In this document: positions 51,001-64,000 of the stretch, in pieces
Position numbering within the stretch: position 1 is the first letter of the stretch
Layout: the number at the start of each line of letters is the position of its first letter
From: Asterias rubens
Taxonomy: Eukaryota
Assembly: GCF_902459465.1 (NCBI RefSeq)
Contig: NC_047073.1
Location: 16,616,001 to 16,680,000 of the forward strand
Length of the DNA: 64,000 bases
Direction of reading: 5' to 3'
Notes under the pieces: generated by a model
Database searches by the model: none
What the model was told of the DNA's origin: nothing
What the model saw: the letters and a program-made list of their open reading frames with translations, nothing else
Translations under genes and position numbers: made by a program

Positions 51001-54000
51001 AGTTCTTTACAATTATCAATAACCAGTATAACAAATGTGTTAAAAAGATACACTGTGTTGTTTTCGACCTGCCTTTTAAAAGCAAATCCCAACAAAACCC
51101 CTTAAACAAAAAAAAACACAAACTTGGAATAACCAAAGTGAACAATCAACACATTGTTTTACAAACGGTGTCCTTATTGACTCAACACGAACACCATGAA
51201 ACCATAAACTTGGCAGTAAAACACCCAACAAATCCCAAAAGTCACCCAATAGTCAATCAAGACTCGATTTCTGTGTGCAAAGATCATACCTTAAATCAAA
51301 GACCAATAATTACGAAGGCAAGCTGAGCCGACCACTGCTTCTGATTTCCCACGTTGCCTAAGGGCCACTTCATTTGTAATTTGTTCACGTCTCGTGACTG
51401 GCTAATCAGGGGTGAGTCAGTATCATATATACTTTTTGGCGGGAATGATCCTAAGGTAGATTATAAAATCATTAACAGGAATCGGCCACTCCGATTTCAC
51501 ATTTTGCACTTGACCACACGGTGAAAATTTGTGGTGGAGCGCCATTTTTGAGAACACAGTTTTCTTCAGGGGGTGTTGGTCACATGATAGCCTTGATGAA
51601 TTATTCATCGTCACGTCATGGTTTGTGGGCGTGGCTTTGTTATCCCCAATACGGATGCAGACAGACTTGTTAATAATGTTTTACTTAAAGTAGTTATAAC
51701 ACAGATCATAATGAGACATCTTTTATAAAACAGAGGGCGGAATTATTAACAGGTTGAAGGCTCAATTCTGGTAACGACACCAAAAGATCCACGAGAAATT
51801 GAGAATTAGCAGTTAGAAAAAACACCCCATTTTCTTAAAAAAAAAGAACCAACAAACTATCGTTCCTAAACTACGAAGTGGATATATCACATAGAGGATT
51901 CTTATAAGAATCCCTATAGTCATTAAAGCTCACTCCTTCATTACCTCTACTACCACCAACGGAACCAAGTCGTTCTCAGACCAATTTAACCCAACAAGTC
52001 TCACCGGCATTAGTGGTAGCCTAGGGGGGTGAGTTATGAACCATCATCACCCGGTCTCGCTTCAGCTCCAACCAAGCGGAACTTAACAGTCTCGGACAAT
52101 TCATATCATATTATTGTGTGTGTTTTGATTGAATGGAAGAAGCCGAAGATTGTTTAATAGCTTGGGTTTTTGAGGGGGAGGCAATGAGGCAAGATGTGAT
52201 TGTTAACGAGTCAGTTAAAGTGTGAAGAAATTGAGATCATTTGAGGATAGTAAAGTACGCATTGATTAGGGTCAGGACTCGGCGAGAAAGAAAGGTGCTG
52301 GAATTTGACCTTAAAGGGGAAATTCACAAATTTTCATTATGTGTTTTAGTACTTTTGTGTATCCAATATTTCCTCTGCGGAGATTCAAACTGTTTATTCG
52401 TTTACACTTCTTTTGCATATTACAATAAACCCATATTACAAAACTATTTATTACAGAGACTCGAACAAAAGTCCCTTTTCAAAATAAAGTTGCCGAGTCT
52501 GTACCAATTGGTAATAGAATTAAAATATAAAAACAAACAAACAAACAAACAAACAAACAGTTGCAACCTTTAAATTAAAAATAAAATAAAATAATTGATG
52601 GTGCTACCCTGGTCATCCTCATTTAATAGAATATTGCAATAATCATTAACATGTTATTAACTCAAAAAGCAAAGACGGATTTTGTTTTGAACATTCTGTA
52701 AATATCAGATTTCTGAATCAATGCTGAGTCCTGATGGTGTTTTGTTGGAAGGCATAAAGTCAGTATTCAAGTGCTGTTTTCTTGCTCTGAAAAACAGCAG
52801 GCCTTTGTGTTCCCCAGGGAACGATCGTGTGGCCCAATTCCACTCCATAAAAGCATTTTGAGGTGTGACTTCTGACAATACGTTATCTTGAAATTTAAAC
52901 AAACTCCCAATTCAAACATACTTATTGGGGTGAATGCAAAATTGTTTTTCTTCAAAACATAATAAAATTGACCCAAATGCCAGTGAACGGTTTCATTTAA
53001 TAACATAATGAGATCGGCTATATGATTCATGTCAACACTACCGTTCGTTTAGTGCCGTAACAATAACCAACCCTCGTGGAATCTCACGGGATTTGAGATT
53101 ATATCCGCGAACATATGCTGGACAGTTTTGCCATACGCTATAAGGACTGATTCCAACTAATTTAATCATCAATCAATAAGGACCCTGTGTATAAATTAGG
53201 AGAAGACAAACTTCATTGCACTTAATCAAGATACTGGAAAGGATTTTATTGATAATTTTTGGAGAGACTTTAGCGGGGTAATCCCTGCGGGAGTTGTGTT
53301 TTTATGATGGCGAACTGACTTAATTGCCGCAACTGTAGACAATGTCTATTCGGAACTTGGCGATTCACCGTGAAATCGTGCTCGCCCCTACCGTCCAACG
53401 CCACCCAAACCTCCCAAGGGTTTTGTAGGAGTGTTGCTGATCGAATAACAAACGGCAACCAACATTGAACTAAAGCTTTTAAATGTGTTTTGTTTCGTAA
53501 AAGTGGTTTAACAATTTGACCTCGCAGGTATATTTCCAAAATTTCTTTATCGTATGTTCAGCCATTTTTTTTTCATCATTCAAACATTCATCATTCAAAA
53601 GTGTAACAAAACCGAGGTCGAATAAAAAATTAGCCTGGTGCTTAATTTTAAAAACAGGTATTTTGCTTGGCTAAACGGGGAACACAATCGATTAGCTTAT
53701 AACGCGTTATCTTCCTGCAACTGCGTAACAAAAAGAACACACCATTATGTTTTTATTTTATTTAAAGGAACAACTTAAATCGGGCATAATTTATTTTCCT
53801 TTATTTATTTTAGCCTAAGATGTGAATAGTTTCGGTAAAAACACATACCATTGAAATATTGTTGCTGTGATTTGTTTTTATTACTCGCTTTAATACATTC
53901 TTGGATAATTGCAAATAATATGATATAATTTCAATGGTACACTACAACTTTACTTAAAATCAATTTGTAGGCAAGTCAGAAACGAATCAATAAAAATATA

Positions 54001-57000
54001 AAATTCCCATAGAGCGAGCGTGAGCTTATTCCTAAAAGTCACACATCCTCCCCAGTATACACAACTGCCACTGATGCTAAAAATAATGTGGTTGACATTT
54101 CCATTTGTTTTATATATATTATGCGAATTATGGAAGACAGCGAATCAATGCAATCGACTGAAAGCTAACTCTCTCGCACGTAAAGGCCTACTTATGAAAA
54201 TCGAGACAAAATATCGTGGGGAAAAACTGTTGCATTTTACATGAGCGCCGTTCGGAACTTGACAACTACGGGGCCCTGAGCCGAGAGGGTTTTGATGTAT
54301 GGCAAAAGCCACACGCGGACCAAAGCCCAGTTCATCGATTCCATGAGGATCAATGTTTGCGCGCGCGGGAAAAGAAGTAATAATTTAGCCTAAATTGAGC
54401 ACTAGTGTCAAATTTGAATTCTCCGCCTCACGAACAATGAAAACACGGCGAGCAATTAGTAAGAAACAAGATATCTTAGGTTTAATATCAACCCAGGAGA
54501 GAGTTAGACGCGCATTATAAGGTGATGGATTGCTGGCACTAGAAATCGAAGTCATAATCTCCCAACACTGGACCGGGCAGAGCCCCACTTAGTCCACCGT
54601 CCAGTGCGCCACAACGCCCCCTGCTCAATCCAACCGCTTGCCGTAACAAATTATGACGAGATTTATTCTGAGTTTGTTTGATGTCAGCCAGGTAATAGTG
54701 AAATAAAATGAATTACACTCAGTTGGCGCTACCTCTATGTAAAGAAGGAAAAAGGAATTTCCAAGAGTAAATTGGCAATCAGGTTGTCAATCCATTTCCT
54801 TGTGTTCCTTAAAGGAAGCGTTTACACACTGATTTCAACCCCTTCTCTTGACAGTGTGATCCCATCTAGTCATCTCTAGCCTCGGTTGGACGTTGTCATT
54901 AGAGATGAAAAAGAACTACTTGACAACGACAGAAACGGATCGTGTGCTAAACAATACCGAGGGGCGGCCTAGCAAACTTAACCAGCGCAACATGGTGGTT
55001 TTTTCTCTCTTTCCCCACTCTTCCAACCCTTGAATCATCGCCTCAATTCGGCACGTTCCTTTTTTTAATACCTACTTCATTTTTTTCAATTAGGGGGTAG
55101 GGTCCGGGTACCTCTTCACTGGGATCCTGGCTTGGTGTGTTGATCCTACATGAGTAAAGACACTCGTGTCATCGATTGGGGCCCTCTCAAGCCCGAACAC
55201 CTCGGCCCAATATCGCGAGGCAGACAAAAACACACCAAAACAGACTCACTCAGGAGTAGCGGTTGAGAGCCAACCGCACGGGCTGAAATTATATCCCCGT
55301 AGAGTAAAGTGATAATTAAAAGCGATACAGCTGGCGGAGTTGACTTTACAGTCATGTCTAGTACGAATCGTCCTAAAAAAAAGATTACACCTCAATGTAG
55401 TCAATCAATTAGTTCCCTTAATAAATCCACTTCTGGTCTTTTTTCGGGGGACACCAAATAACCGAAAACTTAATAGTGCCATCGATTTTTGTATTATTTA
55501 TAAACGGAGTTTTTGTTGTTGGAGTTTAGAGCTCCGAAGCTTCGGTTTATGTCTTTTTATTCAGACGATGAAGAGACACAATTCATACATGATTTGGATA
55601 AAAAGGCAACCCCGGTCGGGGGACTTTACAACGAGCTGCTGGGGTTGTTTCTTTTCATGGTGTGGGGATTGGAGAAGGAAAAAAACCCGACTTCTTAGTC
55701 TAAATCACCTCGGCAACATGATTGCCATTATTTTCAGGACGGGCGAGAGGAAAAGAGTGACAAACAAGCCGTCGGATGTGCTGCTTGGCGGGGGAGAGAG
55801 CGGGGAGAAAGAGCGGTGCGTACGGTCATCTGATCCGGTCTTTCCTCCTCATACTCACCCAGCAAGGAAAGCGAACACCACCACTACTGACTCGCAGAGG
55901 AAACGCACCGTTGGATACTATCAGACAAGACCAAATCATATTTTCTATTAAAATTAAATCCTTCCCTCTGACTTCTTTTCTTCCCCCCTTTTTGTTGAGA
56001 GGGGTTTGATAAAGAACAGAGCAATTTCCTCTTGCGAATCGTGTAGGATTTAGCTCCATAATCAAACAAGACTTAGACTCATTAATTCGCCCCTGATATA
56101 ACCATGCCACGGTCAGAGATTCAAGCCCGAGTAAGTGGCTTCTCTCGTTGCACTTTTGACGGGCGCGAATGGGGGAGTTAACCGAGGGGACTTCAACATG
56201 CGACCGCGGACTATGCAGGACATTTTTATTTTGTATATAATGTTTTAATGTTCTTATATAATCTTTCTCTTTATCTTTTTCTCAGTGAAGAGTTTTTCCA
56301 TAGTTTGATTGGAAGAAACATTTACTACGTATGAAATCACACCAACACTCGTGGCTGATCAAACAACCTATGAAAGAATAAAATAAATACAATTAAATAA
56401 ACAGCTAATTCATGTGATTGCAAGACTGTGCCTTCTCGATTCCCTCCCTTTCAAAGTAAAGGTACCAGAAATACATATAGAGGCTGGGTAAAATAAACTG
56501 GTTCATTCTAGCCGTAAAGGAGTTAACAGTATATATAGCACTCCAACAATTGTTGAACTGTGAATACGACAATGACAACACCACGATTACCGCCAATTTC
56601 ACTTGAGTCTTGTCCCACTGTTCATACTGATAGCGATTGTATACTGATTCTCATTCAACATCAAAGGGCACAGACTACTTTGGTTACTCAGACGTGCATG
56701 AGTGGAAAACAAGACACTTGCAACACAAAAGAGGTATTGACCAACAGAACGTCAACAATAAGCTTTTGAAATCAACAGTGTTAAAAGTAATTCAAATCTA
56801 AAATGTTGTTTTGAAGTATTATTGTATTCTGGTTAATCAGTTATAACTATCAATATTTCCATTTTTTGTATTTAATCTGTCACGAATGAACAAGTTGTAC
56901 TCTAGCCCTGGCAGCCTCACACTTTTCTTATACGACATTACATCACAGAGGAAGAGTTCTATTGTAGGGCTAGTTAAACTCTCTTGGGGGACGTTATGGA

Positions 57001-60000
57001 GGGGTTAGTTGAGGGGGCTGATATTTAACCAAGCACTCCTGAGGCGAGTTAACACGCTGAGATGGAGAACGCATCCAAGCTGGTCATTTCAACCCCCGGT
57101 CCAAGACTCAATCCCCGGTCCAAGAACTCCTCCACCGTGACCGAGATGAGAAGAAGAAGTACTATTCATTAACTTCGTTGCGATTTAATTTAACAATGTT
57201 GCAGCCTTTTTGCAATTTCCCGCTGCTTGTTTTGCCTGGACTGCTTCAGCTCGTGTTGCTCCTAGCAGACGGGGGCTATTTCTAAGTTAGCAATGCGTTT
57301 CCTGCTGCCTTTATTATTTTGCTGTCTCTTCCCAGCTACTATGCCCCACAGGAAGCAATCATATTATATATTTTTCTTCCATGTGTTGTCTTTTTGACTT
57401 TTCGCGCCTTGGTTTCTGCTCGACTGCTCAACAAGTAGATTCAAGAGTATTTTGTATATAAATAAAACTAAGGCTCCTTACGCTTTCTGATCTCATAGGA
57501 AATGACTTCAAGCGTCAGCTTAAGATAACTGTTAGCCAGAAACTCATTTTTACTCGGCGAAACGATGCACACGTTCTGTTTTTATTGGCACGACAGCCTC
57601 TCCATAACTTCCCCCTTCCACCTTTTTTTTAATCAAATGTTGCTAATCTTCTATCTATTTAGATTCCCCTCGTGTGGGAAGGCTAGGCATTGATGGCATT
57701 GCATCCCCAATACGAGAAATTGTACACCGCCGTTTGTCTTTGGTTACTTCGCCAATAAACGTGACGGCATTGAACGCGTGGAACGGCAAGGGGGAAAGAA
57801 GAATTGAAGAAGAAAAAATGGCCGTCGTGTCTGGAGGGTTTGAGTTTGCCGTGAGTTAGAGAAGCACGTAGCCCGGGAGACTAAGTCCCTCTTGCTCAGT
57901 CCCTGTCAATCATGGCTTGAAGAACACAAGAAATAGGACAATAAAATAACAATAAAAGACAGCCGTGAATTTAGTTATCAAATCATTGTTATCCGGCGAT
58001 CGGACTACTGCGCCTTGTGCACACACAGACCCATACCAACCAACTGACAGTTTACGAGTCCTTCGTCTCGGAGATTGAAAAAAAAAGGACATTGTTGTTT
58101 TCCTTTCAGGAGATGGGGGAATCGGAGAAGAAATTTATTGAAACTTTGTTTAAGGTTCAAGCTTTGGCGAAGATCAAACTGGCCTGGTGATATAAACTAA
58201 ACCCTAAACATAACAAGATTGTGCAGGGAGACCGGACATTGGTTGTAAAAACAAAAACATTGGACGACTTTTGTTAAATGAAAAAAACCTTCTACTGTTT
58301 TTCGGTAAATATTGAATCCGTGCCGTCTGCTTAATCAAACGTCTCATTTTTTGAAATATGAAATTGAATGTTGGGAACTTTCACCAAACTGCTTATGTGC
58401 GAAGTTAACTTTCTGACAAGATGATTTAACACACAAATCAGGCAATAGAAACTCGACGTTTCACTGGGTGGAGTTGAGGGGTTTCATCATCGCGTAATGG
58501 TTCCTCGATTGGTGCAAAGGATGATCTTCATCGGGAGAAGGTTTTTCTATCGGGGTTCGCTATTTGGGGGTAGTGAGTATGACTGATAGGCCATTCATAC
58601 TTCGTTTGGGGTATATTGTATGACTGATCAGGGTGAAGCCATAATTATACGCCAGTTCGGGTAGTTTTAAAAAGATTAATCAAGGTCAATACATACGCCA
58701 ATTGGGGTAGTTTGTTGACACTAGTTGAAAAGGTACATCGACAATTTACTTTAAGTGCAACATTGATTTTGTGTGTTGTTGAAGATCCCATGCGATCCCG
58801 TAACATAACGAATAATACCTCATTTATTGTTTTGATTTGTTAGGTATAGTGTATATAGGGAAGATATACAGTTTTCACTGATAAAAGCATCACGTGAACC
58901 AGCGAAGGATCGAGTACCAACACGATTTTAGCTTTACCAATTACGGATGTACTGGAATTTTCAGTTATGCTTTATGCAAAATCTATTTTAAATTTCAAGT
59001 ATCATTTTATACAAAAATATTTCAATTCCATACCTTCGCCACCCGAGTCCACACTCTTTTTACTCAACTTCGCTTCCCACGTTTTGCTGAAGACCAACGG
59101 GTTGGGGCAAGTTACAAGCCAACCACCCCAGCATTCCAAACCTTCGCCAATTACCGACTATTAAAACATAACACACTGGTAACACAACCACTCTTTGCCT
59201 GAAATAGCAACATTTAATTGGCACTCTTCAATAGAAATAGCCATAACTGGTACCCATCCAACTGATGGGGGAATTTCAAGTGTGTATCTATGTACATAAA
59301 ATATATATAATAGTATAGCACATATCATTACATTGATCCTCGGGAAGCAATACGTAACAATGATATCTCTCTAAGCATGGGTCGAGTTGGTCCAACTCGT
59401 AGAAGATATGGTGGAGAAATAATACAGTGGCTTCGTTTATGTACAATTGTAGACTCAACAGATTACAACATTAATAATGAAACGTTCTACTCATGGAAGA
59501 AACCTTCATTAAGAATTGCAACATTTGAAAATATCTTTCTCTAAGAGATACGGACAAAATCTAGCCAGTTGTATTTCATGCTCTTTCGCCATCTTTGGGT
59601 GGTGGGGCAGTAAAAAAACACACCTTATTCACTTGTCTCATGGTTAATTGGAGAACAGTCGAAATCAGCCTTTTTGTAAAACAGCTTAATGCAACTCAAG
59701 ATGGTTGCATACACTGTTACGTGAGATTTAAAAATGTCGATGAGATTTGAAAATATGCATCACAGCCTGTCTCATCAATGTAGCACGTGACCAAAGTCGT
59801 TTCGAAACCTCGTCTTTGGTTCAGGCTCCGGATCATGGGATCTAAAATTATTGCCCCAAACACTGAGCCAAATGTTTTAATGTAGCTCTGATTTCGTACC
59901 CAAATGTACCCAAATGTAACCAGAGCCTAAAATGCAACCATACCTCAGTTTTTATCTAAATAAAGTTCGGCTACAATAAATTACATGTTGGGAATACACA

Positions 60001-61429
60001 GAGCTGCGTCTGGGTTCTGCTCATACCACTTCACATTTATCTTAAGTTGTTAAAAATACTTCAACAAATAAACCACAAAATACAAACAATATCAAATTAG
60101 TTTTATACTGTGATAATTAGCAAGTCAGGTTACCAGACCAGCTGCTTTGTGTGAAATATGAGAACAAACAGAGTTTGTAGTATTAGCTAGTTGGTTAAAT
60201 TTAGGTTTCGACAATGACTTGCCTCAAACACTTAGCTCATGAACCCTATGCAGATTTACTGTAATATCAATCATTGCTTCCATTTGATGTTCTTCTTCAT
60301 CAACAATCCGAAGTCTTCACGTCTCTTATCGCGAGATCCTATCATCAACAGACGTGAAGAAGGCCAGAGAAAAGTACATCAACATTTAAAAGTTAAAGTA
60401 GCATCAAGAGAAAAACAACAGCGGAAAAAGTACACGTGCAACGCATTTAGAATCCACAGATCTAGTTTAGAATTATTCTGGAGATGACCTTTAAAAAGGG
60501 CACGTGGTCGACGTGTTATGCGATAAACGGCCCAAACAACCTCTTGAGTCCGCCATGCATATTAAACCCACCACGCCGAAGCAACACACGAGGGGTCGAT
60601 TTTTTATTTTATAATCTGCTCTCTTTATTAGGAGAATCTTGGCCAGGGCCGGAACCACTCTTGAAAGCGTTTTTCACTTCGATTTGGCAGTAAATTGGGT
60701 AAAACAACGCTAAACGGTCTCACGGGGTACCTGCTTGGGATGTTTTAGGACAAGCCACCAGGGGATTGCCACAGTTTTTATACAGAACGTCCCGGCCAAA
60801 CACTTCAGAATGGAATCCATAAACATTTTGGTCGTCCAGTAATCCTTCTCAACACCTCTTCACTTTCCCCTATTGTGACCTGGGAACTTTACATCAACTC
60901 TGCTTTTTGTTTTTTTGACAATTCTTTTTTTTGCAGGACGCTTTGCCTGATCATAAATACACACTCAATACTTCACGTTGTTGTGCTCAGTTTGACATTT
61001 TGTTAAAGTGGCTGTTGCGTGTACAACAAGTGGGTCGCAGCAAAGAGCAGTAGATAAACGATGTCATGCCTTAACTACCAGGAGTGTGAAATGCAAATGG
61101 CTGCCGAAAAAGGGGTCAAATATTGGAACAACTCAAAGACAAATGTCAAATTTTGACAAATATAAAAACAATTGACAAGGTTGGGTATAAGCTACCCTTA
61201 CAGTGGAGTACAAAACTAATTTCGAGGCCATTTTGTTCAAGTTTTTATACAAATAAGTTTGACAAACCACGGTTTCCTTCACACATTGTTTACATCGAAA
61301 CAGACAACAAACAAACAAGAAATCGACATTTGCACAGGTGAGATTTTCAAAAATGATTAATCTAAATATTTCAAATCCATCCCAAAACATTGCAAAGTAT
61401 TAACATTACAGTTTAAAACCAGTCCTGTA

Positions 61430-61435
61430 TTTATT
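61430..61435 (-). terminator. Possible proximal polyadenylation signal of Dmrt
   Basis: AATAAA on the minus strand about 40 nt after the stop; a longer UTR is equally possible. Confidence 0.2.
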
Positions 61436-61474
61436 TACATAAAAGTCAGTGTTCCTTCTGTAATCATTCGTTTT

Positions 61475-62349
61475 CTATTCTGAATCCACTGCACTGTTTG
61501 CCACAGAGCCGTCAGTGGTACCAGACGGTGATTTCTCTGGCTCGCTATGCATGCCGGGTCTACTTCCGGGGCATTGCACGCAGTCTGGTGGACAAGTCGC
61601 ATAAGGGGCAAAGATCAGACGTGGATACCCCTCTCCAGCACTGGGAAACTTTCCTGATAAATGAAAAGGATGTAGAGCTGGGAAAGCAAACCGAGGGGAT
61701 CCCATGGCTGGACTGGGCATACTTGAGGTCAATTCAGCGACTGATGTTGGTGCGAATAGAGGAGTACGACCCAAGAGGGCCTCAGCGTGGAACGGGTGGG
61801 GTGGTCTAGGAGCGAATAACAACGGCACTGAAGAGGCTGCTGATGCGCTAGACGGTGGGAGAGGGGTAAACGCTGACTTCATGCTACCCACTGGATGTTT
61901 CTCACTGCTCAGGGACGATCGGAACGCCGTTTGAAGGCCGTGAACCCCGGACATTCCAAAGCTGTCGTGGTGACCGATACTTGGCCTCTCACCTGCGCGG
62001 GAGATACTCGACGGTATGCTGGCTGCGTTAGGAGAATGCTGGGTCTCACTAGCTGATAGGAAATGTTCGATGGCTTTGACAAGATCCCCACTGCATCCTT
62101 GAAGGACCAGCTCTAAGACGGCCTTTCTCTGGGTTGGGAAAAGTCTTGTAAGGATCTCGATTGGGGTGAGACGTCCTGGGCGGAAGTTAGAGACAAAACT
62201 GGCGGCGAAACCATTGAAGGTGTCCAGAGAGTCGCTCTTATTCTTACTAGATGAGTTGCTGTTGTTATTATTGTGCTCAGGTTTGCCGCTAGAGGGAGTT
62301 CGGTGGCCATTTTCCTTTTCATTTGATGATTCGTTCTTCACGAGTTTCT
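61475..62349 (-). CDS. dmrt: Doublesex/mab-3-related (Dmrt) transcription factor with a DMA domain, terminal coding exon (about 291 aa); the DM zinc-finger exon lies beyond 64000
   Basis: Acceptor TTTTTCATTTATCTTACAG| ends at 62350 (phase 1). DMA domain RLTPIEILTRLFPTQRKAVLELVLQGCSGDLVKAIEHFLS at about 62173-62054, conserved KSAFTPL motif, Ser/Pro-rich tail, TAG at 61477-61475. The ORF-track ATG at 62371 is intronic. Confidence 0.9.
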
Positions 62350-64000
62350 CTGTAAGATAAATGAAAAACAATTAATAATAAGAAATCCCAAAATGGTGTC
62401 AATTATAGCGTTACAGGCTTGAAGCCTTTTCGCAACTCTCCAAGCAAATCTAACAAAAGGAAGGATTATTTAAACATCAATGTCTGATGCCCAAATTCAC
62501 TCTAAGTACCTCTTTAGCAAATGACCTAGAATTGGATGTCTACCGACCTATAACATCGCGTGAACTATACTGCATTATGTAACTACGTCACTGTATTATT
62601 GTCATGTCTCCCATTCGAAGGGCGGTCATCAGTACAAAACAAAACACCCCCTTAAAAAACTAAAAAACAAAAACCCCACACAAACAGACAAACAAACAGA
62701 GACAAGCCCAGTGTATTCAACACATTCACTAAACGAATCTACACAAGGTCAAATTGAATATACTTGCTAATGCTAATAATAAATCTGTTAGCTAAACAAA
62801 AATTACGCTGAGGCAAGTAGGAATACCCAACGGTCTTTTAATAAAACTGTTTTTCCAAACAAGGTTCGTCAATATTTCAGCGAGCAGAATCAACGGTTGG
62901 ATGCCCATCGACTATTTTGAACTCACCTGCCATTTAAAAAAAAATAATCAACTTATAATTTGAAACCCCACTTGGTCTATGAAGTTTCAACTAACAATCA
63001 ACCCTTTTTGCTGGAATGTTTTACTGCCATTGATAGCATGGAAATAAAATGTATACAATAGAATTGAAATATTGAAATAGAAAAACTATATTTCACGAGG
63101 TTTACTACAAAACAAGAACATTTTTACAGCTGGATAGCCTCAACAAGATACTTCTCTCCTTGTTAAAAAAAAACTATCGTTTATATATTCAATTGGTTAT
63201 TAATTTTCAAACGCACTATGTTGATATAAAACAATAACATATAATATCCAGTTGTTTATCAAGACAGTGATGCTTTGGATATTAACCACGACGAAATATC
63301 AATTTTGAGTTGACTGTAGCTGCAGTTATAACTCAAACAGGTGTTTTGAAGCACCCTAGTAAGAGACGTAGATGCACTGTATAAACTTTCACTCAGACCA
63401 TACCTGGGTCAACTACAACAGCAAACAATATTGTGATAACTCTATATCGATAGCATTGTGCAATGGAATATGATTCGTAGAATCTGAAAGTGAAATAGAA
63501 AGCGATGGCACGGGCGGTTATAGCGAGAGTCGAGATATATCCGTGACTACTCCAAAACACGGGAAGTGTTTGCACCTTCTTTTACAGCGCTGTTTTGGTA
63601 ATGTTTCGACGTTATAAAGATAACAAGCACACAGGTGACGGGCGTTGTCACTTTGTCAATACTTATCCACTTTTTTGATGCGCATGTTTATTTATAGAAA
63701 TAGGGCGATGGTCTACTTTTCGGACCTAGATCAGAGTTTTAAACTACACGACAGGTGTTTTTAAAGTAAGGTCACAGTTACACGCCGTGACGTGTGAAGA
63801 GAATGTTACGGTAAAACGCCGTGACATGTGAAGTGATGTACGTGTTACATGCGTAACACTGACAAACAAAACAATGTTACCTGGATGTTTATCAAATCGG
63901 GCTCAAACATGAAGACATGTTTGATGAAATAAAACCAACCAGTTATGATAGCAAGATTGTTTCAAATCTATAGTATAGCTTCTGGAAATCATTATTGAGG

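Noticed and set aside
52187-52197. AGGCAAGATGT, the 5' end of miR-31 (tempting because MIR31 lies near CDKN2A in human)
   Set aside because: The match ends after about 11 nt and there is no complementary arm for a hairpin.
55340-55951. Longest unexplained ORF (203 aa)
   Set aside because: TTG start, composition typical of non-coding DNA, and no domain or convincing splice sites.
62400-64000. DM zinc-finger exon of Dmrt
   Set aside because: No CxRCRNHG-type sequence is visible; this stretch is read as intron.

Overview
Eukaryotic (metazoan) genomic DNA, AT-rich with spliceosomal introns. An invertebrate deuterostome such as a sea star is my inference from gene style and repeat content. Three genes are supportable. 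(1) A 39-nt first coding exon of a FAF1-like gene on the minus strand (1799..1761, MAANREEILADFQ|GT), too short for the ORF track. (2) A complete three-exon INK4/CDKN2-family CDK inhibitor on the plus strand (6802..8195, 173 aa), head-to-head with FAF1. (3) The last coding exon of a DMA-domain Dmrt transcription factor on the minus strand (62349..61475), whose DM-domain exon lies beyond the window. About 53 kb with no recognisable gene separates INK4 from Dmrt and contains CpG-rich, motif-dense patches. Repeats include Kolobok-type TTAA MITEs, other MITEs (one as a 323-bp fold-back dimer), a tRNA-derived SINE, several minisatellites, and a dispersed family with decayed minimal hammerhead-ribozyme motifs (Penelope/retrozyme-like). 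The main points of interest are the FAF1-INK4-Dmrt linkage, which recalls the vertebrate FAF1/CDKN2C/DMRTA2 and CDKN2A-B/DMRTA1 loci, a candidate E2F-driven bidirectional promoter, and the hammerhead repeats. No database search or folding was run; homology calls come from recognising motifs by eye.
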